Shown: positions 1 through 10,262, counted from the first letter of the stretch. The stretch: 64,000 nucleotides of DNA from a virus (IMGVR_UViG_3300031867_000035:1-64000), one strand, 5' to 3'. The notes: generated from the sequence alone by a model not told the origin. A program made the numbers and translations.

Positions 1-1
1 G

Positions 2-277
2 TTGGAATGTTTGGAACTTATAGGTGGAGCATATTTATTGTGGGGTCATGAAACTGTCGCAGAGGGCTTCAAAGAAGAGTTTAACGCTATCAAACAAGCC
101 TTACTAAAGGCACAAAAAGAGCATAAGCTTTTAGAGATTATTAAACCATCTTTGAGATTAGTTGGTAATTGTTTACAAGCAAAAGCTCCCTTTGTTGATG
201 ATTACCATCCGTGGGTTTTCATTAAAGAAATAACAGATGAAGAAGAACTAAAGCTATTAAGGAGGATGTTAGAATGA
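2..277 (+). CDS. hypothetical protein (possibly 5'-truncated by the window edge)
   Basis: ORF track; ends in AGGAGG-containing junction overlapping the next start. Confidence 0.5.
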   Translation: MECLELIGGAYLLWGHETVAEGFKEEFNAIKQALLKAQKEHKLLEIIKPSLRLVGNCLQAKAPFVDDYHPWVFIKEITDEEELKLLRRMLE

Positions 278-486
278 GTGCACAAAAATACTATAAACCA
301 ATTAACCCAATAAAGATTAACTATATCTGCACTAAATGTGGAAGAAAAAGGACTATAACATACGATGCTAAAAATGAAGAAGGTGGCTTGCTATCAACTC
401 AATTTGAACTATGTATGCCATTTATGTATTGTCCTAGATGTAATAAATTAACTATGAAAGAGGTAGAAGAGAATGAAGAAATTTAA
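274..486 (+). CDS. small zinc-ribbon protein
   Basis: CTKC and CPRC cysteine pairs; RBS aggagg upstream; ATGA overlap. Confidence 0.6.
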   Translation: MSAQKYYKPINPIKINYICTKCGRKRTITYDAKNEEGGLLSTQFELCMPFMYCPRCNKLTMKEVEENEEI

Positions 487-754
487 GCAAATTTTAACTT
501 TAGCAGCATTACCCTTAGTCTTAGTCAGTTGTACTAATAAAACTAAAAATGCAGAAATTTTAGAAGCATTAAACATTGAGTATAATGTACCTAATGGTAA
601 GGTTAAAGAAATGACAGGGTATGAATTCGAGCCTGATACGGAATGCTACATTGTGGAGTATGAGGGTAAGACTTATTATGTTGCGTTAATGAAGAATGGA
701 ACGGATGCAGATGACAACCTAGATTCTTTCCTAACACTTCACGAAAGGAAATAA
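473..754 (+). CDS. putative lipoprotein
   Basis: basic N-terminus, hydrophobic stretch and lipobox-like LVLVSC. Confidence 0.55.
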   Translation: MKKFKQILTLAALPLVLVSCTNKTKNAEILEALNIEYNVPNGKVKEMTGYEFEPDTECYIVEYEGKTYYVALMKNGTDADDNLDSFLTLHERK

Positions 755-755
755 A

Positions 756-2285
756 ATGGATAAACGGATATATAAATTAAATGGTTTTATTTATCTGCAA
801 GGATTCAAAGACTATCCTTGGCTAACCTATAGCTATAACTCAAGAGGAGAACCTATTGCTTTCTTCTTACTGAATGCTATAACTAAGCAATGCTTTAGGA
901 AAGATATATTGCCTATAATAAGAAGAGGTACTGTTGAAATTTCTCCAGACCTCTATCAAGAAATAAAAACATTTAAACAAAATCCTCCTATAGAGGAACA
1001 ACGCAGGGAAAAATGTAAGCTGGTTGTACCAACAGGTATAACATTAAAGGAGCATCAGGATGTAGCCGTGCATAAGATGATGCAATACTACAAGTATGGT
1101 TTCTTCTTAGGAACAGGAACAGGTAAAACTTTAATAGCAATCACTTGGCTGTTAAGTAAACAACCTGAGAGCTGCTTAATAGTTACACCACAAAAAGTTA
1201 TTGGTCAATACAGAGCTGAACTAGATAAATACATCCCTGGCAATAGCTATGTAATAACCAACTATGAACAATTATCTAAGTTTAAAGACCAAAAATTTGA
1301 AGCTCTAATATTAGATGAATCTCATAGAGTTAAAAACTACTCCAGCAATATGAATGAATATTGTAGAGAGATAGCAAAGAATGCTGAATATGTTTATTTA
1401 TTCACAGGTACACCGCAGGATAAATCTAGGCACGATATTCTAGCACAGCTAGCTATACTAGACGAAAGGGTGATGCCTGGAAAAACCCACACTTTAGAAA
1501 GATACTTCACCTTCAATGATTACTTCCAACCTGACAAAGAGAAAAAAGAATTCTCCGAGGAATTAACTGCAATTATAAATTGCTATACTTGGGGTAAAAA
1601 AACTGAGGATGTAGTAGACTTAACTAAAGAAAATAATATAATAATTAAGTGTCCACATCCTACTGAGTGGTATGATGAACTTAAAAATAAGCGAATTGTC
1701 TTAGACTCAACATCGAACACATATTGTGTAGCAGACAATAAAGGTGTTCTAAGAATCAGACTCCGTGAAATATGTACTGGAATTCTTACAACTCAGGATG
1801 ATAAATATGTTCAAAGTATCTTGGAAGTAGAATCACCTAAGATAAATAAGTTTAGAGAACTTATTCAAACTCTACCTAAAGCTATTATATACTATGAATT
1901 CACTTCATCTTTAAATCAGATAGAGCAAGTGCTTAAAGAAGAAGGCAAAAAGTATGTAATAGTTAATGGGAAATGTAATACAAAAAAATCAACTATCTTA
2001 ATAGAAAGATTTAAATATTATAGAGAAATTTATTTAGTAATCCAATGTCGTAGTGGTAACGCAGGATTAGATTTAACAAACACAAACAATATTATTTTTT
2101 ATTCATTACCTGAATCTTATATAGTATTTCATCAATGCAAATCTCGCATCAGGAGAATAGGCCAATTAAAAGAATGTAATTACTATTATTTAATATGTGA
2201 GAATAGCATAGAAGAACTTATATATTCTACATTAAAAAGAAAGAAGAGCTTTACAGACAAGGTATTTCAAAATTATTTAAAATAA
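756..2285 (+). CDS. SF2 (SNF2-like) helicase
   Basis: Walker A GTGTGKT, DESH box, TGTP motif III, QCKSRIRRIGQ motif VI. Confidence 0.9.
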   Translation: MDKRIYKLNGFIYLQGFKDYPWLTYSYNSRGEPIAFFLLNAITKQCFRKDILPIIRRGTVEISPDLYQEIKTFKQNPPIEEQRREKCKLVVPTGITLKEHQDVAVHKMMQYYKYGFFLGTGTGKTLIAITWLLSKQPESCLIVTPQKVIGQYRAELDKYIPGNSYVITNYEQLSKFKDQKFEALILDESHRVKNYSSNMNEYCREIAKNAEYVYLFTGTPQDKSRHDILAQLAILDERVMPGKTHTLERYFTFNDYFQPDKEKKEFSEELTAIINCYTWGKKTEDVVDLTKENNIIIKCPHPTEWYDELKNKRIVLDSTSNTYCVADNKGVLRIRLREICTGILTTQDDKYVQSILEVESPKINKFRELIQTLPKAIIYYEFTSSLNQIEQVLKEEGKKYVIVNGKCNTKKSTILIERFKYYREIYLVIQCRSGNAGLDLTNTNNIIFYSLPESYIVFHQCKSRIRRIGQLKECNYYYLICENSIEELIYSTLKRKKSFTDKVFQNYLK

Positions 2286-2299
2286 TAAGGAGAAATAAA

Positions 2300-2545
2300 A
2301 TGTCTAATGTAATTGAAGAAACAATTAAAACCAAATTCGGAACAATAAATAGTTTTGTAGATAAGAATTATTCTAAACTACCTATGAGTAGAACACATAT
2401 TTATAAGTTATTAAATTTTGAAATCCAAAATCCTGGAATTCAAACATTAGAAGCTTTAGCAAAACTATTAGAATTACCTACGGAGGAAGTTGTTAATGAT
2501 TATCTCGCTGGATATAGAGACAAATGGAACAAAAATCAATACTGA
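2300..2545 (+). CDS. XRE-like helix-turn-helix protein
   Basis: MSRTHIYKLLNFEIQNPGIQTLEALAKLLEL matches the XRE HTH pattern; RBS aggag. Confidence 0.7.
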   Translation: MSNVIEETIKTKFGTINSFVDKNYSKLPMSRTHIYKLLNFEIQNPGIQTLEALAKLLELPTEEVVNDYLAGYRDKWNKNQY

Positions 2546-4463
2546 GATTAACTTTGTCGGTTTATATACAATAAATAAATCAGGCAAGGAACTATTTAAA
2601 ATCTTCAAGTGTCCTGAAGAAAAGGATGAGATGATAAAATTCGTTAAAAGCCTACAAAGTAAGGGTGCTAAATTCGTAGGGCATAACTTTAAATTTGATA
2701 CAGGTAGATTACTTTATAGCTATGGGCTAGATATAGAGATAGGACACGATACCTTAATACTAGCTTACCTAAACTCTACCGTGGATGAGTTAAAAAAATC
2801 AAAGCAAGGCTCACCTCAATATGACCCTGCTTATAAACACTGGCTTACTTTAAAGAAGACAGCACAAAGAATTTTAGGAGTAGAAGACTGGGATATAGGG
2901 CTAAAAGATAAAACATCAAAAGATAAAAATGTTGTTGCACCTTACCTATATTGTGATGTAAAATATTGTTACCAACTGTTTCAGTACTATAAAAAGACTA
3001 CACCTAAAAGTAAATTAAATACATATAAACTTATAATAAAAGCTTGTAACACATATAAATATATAGAGGTTAATGGATTACCTTTAGATATGGAGAAGCT
3101 TAAGACAACTAAAGCAGAGTATTCCATTAAACAAAGTGAAGTTATGGTAAAGATAAATGAGATACTAGACTCATTAGATTACAATATAGAACCAATGACT
3201 TCAAAGGAATACTATAATCCTGCACAACACTATTTCTCTAGTGATGAAGAGTTTGGTAAATATTTTAATCATAAAGATAGGAGAGGTTATTATCACATAA
3301 ATGTTTACACACCTAGATTATCTGAGGTAATCAACCTTAATTCAGGACAACAACTATCCGAGATACTTTATGACGTTTTATCACTCCCTGTGTTAGGCAT
3401 AACAGATAAAGGAAAGCCTTCCACTTCCACGGATGTGTTAGTCAAATTAAAAGACTCTCATCCGATAGTAGACTTGATTCTACAGTATAGAACCTTAAAG
3501 AAATCTATTGAATTCTTTGAGTCTTGGGAGCAGGAAGCTATAAAACATAGTGACGGTAAATATTATTTACATTCAACTTTCCATTTAGATGGTACAGTAA
3601 CAGGAAGAACTTCTTCTTCCGAAGTAAATCTACAACAAATCCCTAGAAATAAAGACTTAAAAAGTTTATTTAGAACCAATAGCAAGGATTGGGAAATGGT
3701 TTGCTTGGATTACTCCCAGCTAGAATTAAGATTCGCAGGTCTTGTGGCTGATGTAAAAGCTATAAAGGATAGCTACCGTAAGGGTGAGGACTTGCATTAT
3801 AAAATGGCATCCATAGTAACAGGAAAACCTGTAGACCAAATAACTAAGGCCGAAAGAACACAAGCCAAAGCGGCAAACTTTGGATTCTTGTATGGTATGC
3901 AAGCTGAATCCTTTGTAGAATATGCAAAAGTAAGCTATGGCGTAGATGTTTCTTTAGAAGAAGCAATCAACATACGCTACCATTTCTTTGAATTATATCC
4001 TGAACTGCTTACCTACTATGATTGGGTACGAAGCTGCCTTGATAATGACGGCAAGCTTATCTCTATTATGCAAAGAGAGTATGTACTTCACCAGGATGTG
4101 TTAGCTAATCCTTGGAAAAAAGAGAACTGGGTAAGACCAGCAATAAATTTCCCAGTACAATCTGCAGGCTCTGACTATGTAGTATCAGGATTGATACAAG
4201 TAATTAACGACCCTATCTTAAAAGATAATATAAGAATAGGAGCAACAGTCCACGATTCAATCATAGGCTTAGTTAGAAAGGATGAACATTTCTATGACTA
4301 TATACTTAGAATTAAAAGTATAATGGAGAACCCTGAGATAGCTCAGAAACTAATTACAAAGAAACCAGACTTTCCTATAGTAGTTGATGTAGAAATCGGC
4401 CCTCTAGGAAAGGGAGTAGATATTGAAGAATATAAAAAGCAAGAGGAGAATAAGAATGAGTAA
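2496..4463 (+). CDS. polA: family A DNA polymerase with 3'-5' exonuclease
   Basis: ExoI SLDIET, ExoII GHNFKFD, TGRTSS, motif A LDYSQLELR, motif B RTQAKAANFGFLYG, motif C TVHDS; ATG 2496 follows GGAGG. Confidence 0.95.
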   Translation: MIISLDIETNGTKINTEINFVGLYTINKSGKELFKIFKCPEEKDEMIKFVKSLQSKGAKFVGHNFKFDTGRLLYSYGLDIEIGHDTLILAYLNSTVDELKKSKQGSPQYDPAYKHWLTLKKTAQRILGVEDWDIGLKDKTSKDKNVVAPYLYCDVKYCYQLFQYYKKTTPKSKLNTYKLIIKACNTYKYIEVNGLPLDMEKLKTTKAEYSIKQSEVMVKINEILDSLDYNIEPMTSKEYYNPAQHYFSSDEEFGKYFNHKDRRGYYHINVYTPRLSEVINLNSGQQLSEILYDVLSLPVLGITDKGKPSTSTDVLVKLKDSHPIVDLILQYRTLKKSIEFFESWEQEAIKHSDGKYYLHSTFHLDGTVTGRTSSSEVNLQQIPRNKDLKSLFRTNSKDWEMVCLDYSQLELRFAGLVADVKAIKDSYRKGEDLHYKMASIVTGKPVDQITKAERTQAKAANFGFLYGMQAESFVEYAKVSYGVDVSLEEAINIRYHFFELYPELLTYYDWVRSCLDNDGKLISIMQREYVLHQDVLANPWKKENWVRPAINFPVQSAGSDYVVSGLIQVINDPILKDNIRIGATVHDSIIGLVRKDEHFYDYILRIKSIMENPEIAQKLITKKPDFPIVVDVEIGPLGKGVDIEEYKKQEENKNE

Positions 4464-5403
4464 AGATATTCATAGATATAGTCACTCAAGACTACAAACT
4501 TTTAAGCAATGTCCTCGTAAACATTACTACAATTATATAGAGGGTATTGAGACTCCTGAAAATGAGTACACAATCCCTGGAAAAATGTTCCACGAATGTG
4601 TTGAGCGTACAATAAAAGGTTTAGACTTCAAGGATGTTACTGATGAGTTCAGAAAGCTTTGTATGACAGGTAAACTTCCTTATGAACCTGACCTATTAGA
4701 ATACATCGTAGCTAAATACTTCCAGTATTATGCAAAGGAATATAGTATGGAGCAAAATCTCCTATGTGAGCAGGAGTTTAAAGACCAGCTAGACGGAGAG
4801 GATTTTATTATCGGATACATAGATGCTGTTTATGAGACAAACGGCCTCGTAGGTATCAGAGATATGAAAACCACGGTGAATAAGCTTAAGTATAAGTATG
4901 AGGATGTCTTATACAATGAGCAGCTACTTTTATATATACCTTTTGCGGAAGATATTTTAAAAAGAAAAGTCTCTACTAAACAAATAGATGAGGTAAGACT
5001 TGCAAAATTAAAGCCAGTTCCTTTGCTTAACAATGGTAAACCAAGCAAAAGTAAGGAGCTACTAGATTTAGTAACCTATGAAGATTACTATGATGCACTA
5101 GCGGAACGTGGGCTAGAAAAAGAAGCTGAGTATCAGAGCATCCTACAATATCTAGAGGAACGAGGCCACCCATTATTCAATAGAATAACCATTCAAATAG
5201 TAGATGATAAGTTAGTAGAAACAAATGCTGAAGAAGTATTAAAAACTTATACAGCAGCTAAACTTGACACATCTACATACAGAGTGAAAGGGCCTCTATG
5301 TAATTATTGCGCTTATAAAGAGCTATGTGACCTAGATAGGTTTGCTCCAAGTGATGCATCACGTGAAATAATTATAGAAAAAATTCAAAATAATACAAAA
5401 TAG
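4456..5403 (+). CDS. PD-(D/E)XK exonuclease, Cas4/RecB-like with Fe-S cysteines
   Basis: YSHSRLQTFKQCPR, GYIDAV..IRDMKT, C-terminal CNYCAYKELC; RBS gaggag. Confidence 0.85.
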   Translation: MSKDIHRYSHSRLQTFKQCPRKHYYNYIEGIETPENEYTIPGKMFHECVERTIKGLDFKDVTDEFRKLCMTGKLPYEPDLLEYIVAKYFQYYAKEYSMEQNLLCEQEFKDQLDGEDFIIGYIDAVYETNGLVGIRDMKTTVNKLKYKYEDVLYNEQLLLYIPFAEDILKRKVSTKQIDEVRLAKLKPVPLLNNGKPSKSKELLDLVTYEDYYDALAERGLEKEAEYQSILQYLEERGHPLFNRITIQIVDDKLVETNAEEVLKTYTAAKLDTSTYRVKGPLCNYCAYKELCDLDRFAPSDASREIIIEKIQNNTK

Positions 5404-5405
5404 TA

Positions 5406-5433
5406 TTGCAAAATATAAACAATAGTGTATAAT
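5406..5433 (+). promoter_or_regulatory. sigma-70/A promoter
   Basis: TTGCAA-N16-TATAAT with TG extension; followed by hairpin CAAAGGGT/ACCCTTTG in the leader. Confidence 0.7.
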
Positions 5434-5493
5434 ATATAGTGAACAAAGGGTATAACGTTCACCCTTTGAAATAAAGATAAAGGAGATAAAAAT

Positions 5494-6324
5494 ATGAGCG
5501 TATTAACAAACAAAGCAAAAGCAGTAAATCAAATGCCTACCGATGAAGTCTATGTAATCTATGGACTTCAAGGCACAGGCAAGACAGTATTAGCATCTAC
5601 TTTCCCTAAGACACCTGAGAAGCCTATGCTATATCTAGATATTCTAGAAGGAGGTACAGGTTCAATCTCTTACAGCGAAAGAGATAACATTGTAGTAGTT
5701 AAGATTGAGAACTTTGATGAAATCAATGAAGTATTCAAAGATGTAGTTAATGGCTACACAGTGGATGATTCAGGCAAGAAGATTCCTGTTGCTTATTCTA
5801 CAATCGTTATTGACTCAGCTACTCAACTAGAATACCTACTAAAGAAAGGCTTAATGGAAGCCAACAAGAAAGACCAAATGACCCTACAATTATGGGGATT
5901 AGCTAGTCAGGAGCACGATGAGATATGGAATGCGTGCAAATATGTTCATCAAGCAACTGGAACAAAGATGGTTATCATTTGTCACCAAAAAGAAATCTCT
6001 GATGAAGAGAACCCAGGTAACAATAAGATTATCCCAAGCTTAATGAATAAAGCAGCTTATGGATTATGTGCTAAGGCATCTTTCGTATGGTATACAAAGG
6101 TTGAAAATGTACAAAAACCTGATAAGGATGGTACAATTAAGACTGAGACCAAGTTCTACACATACATTGATATTTGCCAAGCTTACTTATCTAAAACACG
6201 TAAGCCTAAGGAAATGACAATCCCTTTGAAAGTAGCAAACTTAACTTACCCTAAGTTTAAGCAAAAGATTTTAGATGTTATTACCAATTCAAATCAACCA
6301 AATACTAATGGAGGTACAAACTAA
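5494..6324 (+). CDS. AAA_24/Sak4-like ATPase (recombination)
   Basis: IYGLQGTGKT, LYLDILEGG, TIVIDSAT, IICHQKE; sits between nuclease and SSB-like gene. Confidence 0.8.
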   Translation: MSVLTNKAKAVNQMPTDEVYVIYGLQGTGKTVLASTFPKTPEKPMLYLDILEGGTGSISYSERDNIVVVKIENFDEINEVFKDVVNGYTVDDSGKKIPVAYSTIVIDSATQLEYLLKKGLMEANKKDQMTLQLWGLASQEHDEIWNACKYVHQATGTKMVIICHQKEISDEENPGNNKIIPSLMNKAAYGLCAKASFVWYTKVENVQKPDKDGTIKTETKFYTYIDICQAYLSKTRKPKEMTIPLKVANLTYPKFKQKILDVITNSNQPNTNGGTN

Positions 6325-6896
6325 TGGCATTACTAATTAACCAAGGAAAACAAGACACATCAAATGATAATACATTTGAACCAATCGAAGAAAAAGATGT
6401 AGTAATTACTATTGAAAAAATTGAATTAAATCGTTACTTACCAGGAAATATTGATGTAACTTTCAGACTAATGACAGGCACTCATAAGAACTGGACTAGA
6501 AAAGATACAGTAGCTTATGATGCAACAAACTCTTTTTCCTGGAAGTATAGAGCTTTAAGAAGCTGTTGCAATGTTCCTTATAACGAAAATGAACCAGCAC
6601 AAATTGATATTGAAGCTTTACTAAAGGATAAGATATTGATTGTAGACTTTGCAATCACAGAAAAAGATGGAAAGAAATATCAAAAGTGTTCTTATAGAAA
6701 GATTGATAAAGAGCATATTAAGTTAGCTTTCCCAAAAGTTGAAGAGGATGAAGAATTTAATTTACCTGTAGAAGAAGCGCCAGCTCAGCCTACAGCAAAA
6801 GCTCCTCAAAAACCTAAAGAAACAGCGGTTAATGCACCAGCGCCAGCAACACCATCAACACCAGTAATGAGTGATGATGACGATGAATGGAACTAA
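6324..6896 (+). CDS. single-stranded DNA-binding protein-like (DUF669-like)
   Basis: OB-fold-like core, Pro/Ala linker, acidic tail SDDDDEWN; synteny after Sak4-like ATPase. Confidence 0.65.
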   Translation: MALLINQGKQDTSNDNTFEPIEEKDVVITIEKIELNRYLPGNIDVTFRLMTGTHKNWTRKDTVAYDATNSFSWKYRALRSCCNVPYNENEPAQIDIEALLKDKILIVDFAITEKDGKKYQKCSYRKIDKEHIKLAFPKVEEDEEFNLPVEEAPAQPTAKAPQKPKETAVNAPAPATPSTPVMSDDDDEWN

Positions 6897-7209
6897 AGGC
6901 AAAGAACTTGAATCAGACTTTCAAAAAGATGCTGAAAAACTGATACGCTCTAAGGGTGGGTACGTGGTTAAAGTCCACGTATCTGCCTACCAAAATCAAG
7001 GTACACCTGATATATTGGTATGCTATAGAGGTATGTTTATTGGCTTTGAATTGAAAGTAGATAGAAATACTTTATCTGATTTGCAAAAGCTTAGAATAAG
7101 GCAAATTAGAAACGCTGGTGGTATAGCCAAAGGTATATATTCTTTAGAAGAAATAGAGGAGACACTATATGAAATTCAAAGACTTCAACCAGGAGGTAAA
7201 TCCTCTTGA
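6883..7209 (+). CDS. VRR-NUC / Holliday junction resolvase-like nuclease
   Basis: ESDFQK..GTPDILVCYRGMFIGFELK..LSDLQK. Confidence 0.85.
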   Translation: MNGTKGKELESDFQKDAEKLIRSKGGYVVKVHVSAYQNQGTPDILVCYRGMFIGFELKVDRNTLSDLQKLRIRQIRNAGGIAKGIYSLEEIEETLYEIQRLQPGGKSS

Positions 7210-9076
7210 TGAACCTTGCTATAGTGTTGAAACAGCAACTGGTATACACAATAAAATAAAGTTCTCCGATGTTAATACTTATATGCGACAAGATGTGAAT
7301 GCCAAAATCTATTGGACCATTCCTCTAGGGTATATCATATTAAAAACGGATAACTTACTGATTGTTGATGCAATAATAAATCTACAAGAAAAAGTATTAG
7401 TAGTCCAACAAGGAAATGAGTACCTGATTTATGGAAAAGATTCCTTAAATCTTTGTACAACTAACAACTTACTTGCGTGTGGTATTAATGCTGATACTAT
7501 AGCATACAGTAAAAAAGGTACTAGCATACTGCTACCTTTTCACCATAAATTAAATACCTCTGCAGACTTCAACAATATAAATATCCTATATGAAAATTCA
7601 ATAAGTCGTCTACCTTGCTGGTTAAAGCCATTAAGAGTTATAAGTAGTACTGTTAAAGATGGATTAAACATACCATTGACAGGAGATGTTCAATCCCAAT
7701 TAACAGCACAGCTTATGAACTTAGCTTCGGTTTCTGATACAGAAAAGAAAGCAATAGTTAATGTAATCAATAGTCAATTAACCTTAACACCTTTAACAGC
7801 GGATGAACTTAACAATATAATGCTTATACATAGGAATAGAATCTTAGAAAAATTCTATGATAAGAACTCATTCCTACACTTTAAGCTGGGAGATTTTGTT
7901 ATACAAGCCTGCAACATAAAACGAGATACCAAAAGTAAAGAACTCTTTTTCTACAATTATAATAAGAATATATATGTTAATGATGAAGACTATATAAAGG
8001 GATACATTACAAGAATGTGTCCGTCCTTAAAGCAATTTCAAAAAGAAGAAACAATGAAATACATTAAGGACTACCTTTATGAAGACTCAGTTGAGTTTAA
8101 TAAAAATGAATATACTGTTGTGTTTAAAAATGGAATTTTAAATCTAGCTACAATGAAGCTAGAACCAATGACTCCTGACCACTTAGAGTCAATACAAATT
8201 GAAGCAAACTATGACCCAACGGCTTATAGTAGTACTGCCGATGAATTCTTTGCAACTGCTACTTGTGGAGATAAAGACGTAGAACGATTACTATATGAAG
8301 TTATAGGTTATACAATGCTAAAAACAAATGCACTTGCAAAAGCATTCGTCCTAGTAGGAGCAGGTAGAAATGGTAAGTCTACTTTCTTGGATATAATAAA
8401 ACAAATGCTTGGAAGAAATAATTATACTGCTATATCTTTTAAAGATTTAGCCAGCAACTTCAGAGCATCTACATTAAAAAACAAACTTGCATCGTTAGCA
8501 GGTGATATATCGGCCCAACCAATCCAAGAGTCAGACCTATTTAAATCTATCACAGCCTATGAAGACATTCAATTAGAAGAAAAATATAAAGCTAGTTATA
8601 CTGATAGAGTATTCTCAACGATGCTATACTCTTGTAACAAGTTACCTAGAACACCTGATACATCCGATGGTTTTTATAGACGTTTTGTAATCATACCATT
8701 CAATGCAGACTTAAGTAAAGTAAAAAATGTAGATGGCCTAGCTTTCCACGACAAGTTAATGAGTCAAGAAAGCATAGATTATATAGCTTTCAAAGCTTGT
8801 AAGGCTATATATGAGGTGCTAAATACAACTAAGGAATTCTCTTTACCTATTTGTGTACAAGAAATGATTAAGCAATATCGTATAGATAACTCAGGACCTC
8901 TATCTTGGTTTAGAGATAAACTTAAGAGTGATACTATGAAGTTAAGAACTTATAAATTAGGAGTAGCCTTTGCAAACTATCAGGCATACTGCGCTGAAGT
9001 TAATAGACCTCCTATGAGTCAAGTAAACTTTAAAGCTGAAATAAAAAAGGAATTAAATATTGAACTAATTGAATAA
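7169..9076 (+). CDS. D5/P4-family SF3 helicase with degenerate N-terminal Prim-Pol-like domain
   Basis: FKNGILNL (D5_N), Walker A GAGRNGKST, GDI, FSCN-like YSCNKLP, DGFYRRF. Confidence 0.85.
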   Translation: MKFKDFNQEVNPLDEPCYSVETATGIHNKIKFSDVNTYMRQDVNAKIYWTIPLGYIILKTDNLLIVDAIINLQEKVLVVQQGNEYLIYGKDSLNLCTTNNLLACGINADTIAYSKKGTSILLPFHHKLNTSADFNNINILYENSISRLPCWLKPLRVISSTVKDGLNIPLTGDVQSQLTAQLMNLASVSDTEKKAIVNVINSQLTLTPLTADELNNIMLIHRNRILEKFYDKNSFLHFKLGDFVIQACNIKRDTKSKELFFYNYNKNIYVNDEDYIKGYITRMCPSLKQFQKEETMKYIKDYLYEDSVEFNKNEYTVVFKNGILNLATMKLEPMTPDHLESIQIEANYDPTAYSSTADEFFATATCGDKDVERLLYEVIGYTMLKTNALAKAFVLVGAGRNGKSTFLDIIKQMLGRNNYTAISFKDLASNFRASTLKNKLASLAGDISAQPIQESDLFKSITAYEDIQLEEKYKASYTDRVFSTMLYSCNKLPRTPDTSDGFYRRFVIIPFNADLSKVKNVDGLAFHDKLMSQESIDYIAFKACKAIYEVLNTTKEFSLPICVQEMIKQYRIDNSGPLSWFRDKLKSDTMKLRTYKLGVAFANYQAYCAEVNRPPMSQVNFKAEIKKELNIELIE

Positions 9077-9089
9077 ATAGTTTATAATA

Positions 9090-9131
9090 AAAGTATGGAA
9101 GAGCAAATAATCCATACTTTTGTTTTGTTTT
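9090..9131 (+). terminator. intrinsic terminator of replication operon
   Basis: stem AAAGTATGGA/TCCATACTTT then T-rich run. Confidence 0.65.
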
Positions 9132-9155
9132 GTTTCCATTAACACCTCCTTTTTT

Positions 9156-9185
9156 AAAAAGACCCTGAGTTTTCTCAGAGTCTTT
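9156..9185 (-). terminator. intrinsic terminator after TerS-like gene
   Basis: minus strand AAAGACTCTGAG-AAAA-CTCAGGGTCTTT-TT. Confidence 0.65.
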
Positions 9186-9189
9186 CTTT

Positions 9190-9888
9190 TTATTTATAGT
9201 TATTAACGCCTTCATAATGAAGGACATAAGGTAAACCTGTCTCGGGATTTACTTCGGCTTTACCTAATTCTTCTTTACGCTTCTTTATATCTTTGTCAAG
9301 GTCAGCTTTAATTTGCTTGGCCTCACCTATAGCAGGATTCAATTCTTCAGGAGTAAGTTCGATGATAACAGGCTCGTTCTGTTTAGGATTAACACCAGGA
9401 GCGTAGACATTCTCTACTTGGATGTTGAAAGCTACTGTACCAACAGGTTCATCCTTATCCTTGTTCTCCTTAAGAGCATCACCAGCCTTATCCAAAATAA
9501 CTTTAGCACAAGATGCAGCTAGGGAATCATCATCCGTGGTTGTCATAATATACTTCAGCTTTTCCAAAGCCATATCACGAGCTGAGGAAACTTCTGCCTT
9601 GAACTTAGCAGTCTTTGCCACGGTTAATTCCTCCATCGTAGTAACGACATCTTTATTCGCTAGCATCCTATTAGCTAGAGCGGCTGCGTTTCGAGCTGTA
9701 GGTAAGATAGAACGCATAGCCTCTTCAGCAGTATAGCCTCCGAAGCATACAAGCTCAACGAAAAGCTTTTGCTGCTCATCTAATAGATTGTAATGAGAGG
9801 TTGTTAATTGTCCTGCTTTTAAAGCAGCGAGTAATTCTTCCTTTGTTTGAAGAATCATTGGTTTAAAAATTCTAGAATCGTTTGCCAT
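9190..9888 (-). CDS. terminase small subunit-like HTH protein
   Basis: LDEQQKLFVELV..YTAEEAMR..ARNAAALANRMLANKDV resembles the Terminase_2 N-terminal pattern. Confidence 0.5.
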   Translation of the reverse strand: MANDSRIFKPMILQTKEELLAALKAGQLTTSHYNLLDEQQKLFVELVCFGGYTAEEAMRSILPTARNAAALANRMLANKDVVTTMEELTVAKTAKFKAEVSSARDMALEKLKYIMTTTDDDSLAASCAKVILDKAGDALKENKDKDEPVGTVAFNIQVENVYAPGVNPKQNEPVIIELTPEELNPAIGEAKQIKADLDKDIKKRKEELGKAEVNPETGLPYVLHYEGVNNYK

Positions 9889-10262
9889 TAAATATTCTCC
9901 TTTGTAATATAGTATCCTGCAAGAGGTTCGTGTTCAGCTATCTTCTTTTCAAAGAAAGATTGCTTACAAGAATTAAAAAAGTCTGGCGATATAGTACCGA
10001 TGCTTCTATCTATAAGGAACTTTTTTAAGGAATCTAAGGTAGCAAACCTATGGATATCTGCTTTGAAAACAAGATGCTGAGCTACATACACTTCACCTTT
10101 GTAGATATACTTATAATAATATTCTTCGATAAGATTGTTGCGAACTTGAATAGGCATTTGTTCAAATAAAGTATCCACAAGCTCTACCTGATAAGGAGCA
10201 TCACCTATAAACTGCTCTAAAAACCCTTTGAATCTTTCCTTATCAATTTCTAATCTTGGCAT
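9888..10262 (-). CDS. hypothetical protein
   Basis: ORF with RBS AGGAGG; stop overlaps next start. Confidence 0.7.
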   Translation of the reverse strand: MPRLEIDKERFKGFLEQFIGDAPYQVELVDTLFEQMPIQVRNNLIEEYYYKYIYKGEVYVAQHLVFKADIHRFATLDSLKKFLIDRSIGTISPDFFNSCKQSFFEKKIAEHEPLAGYYITKENI

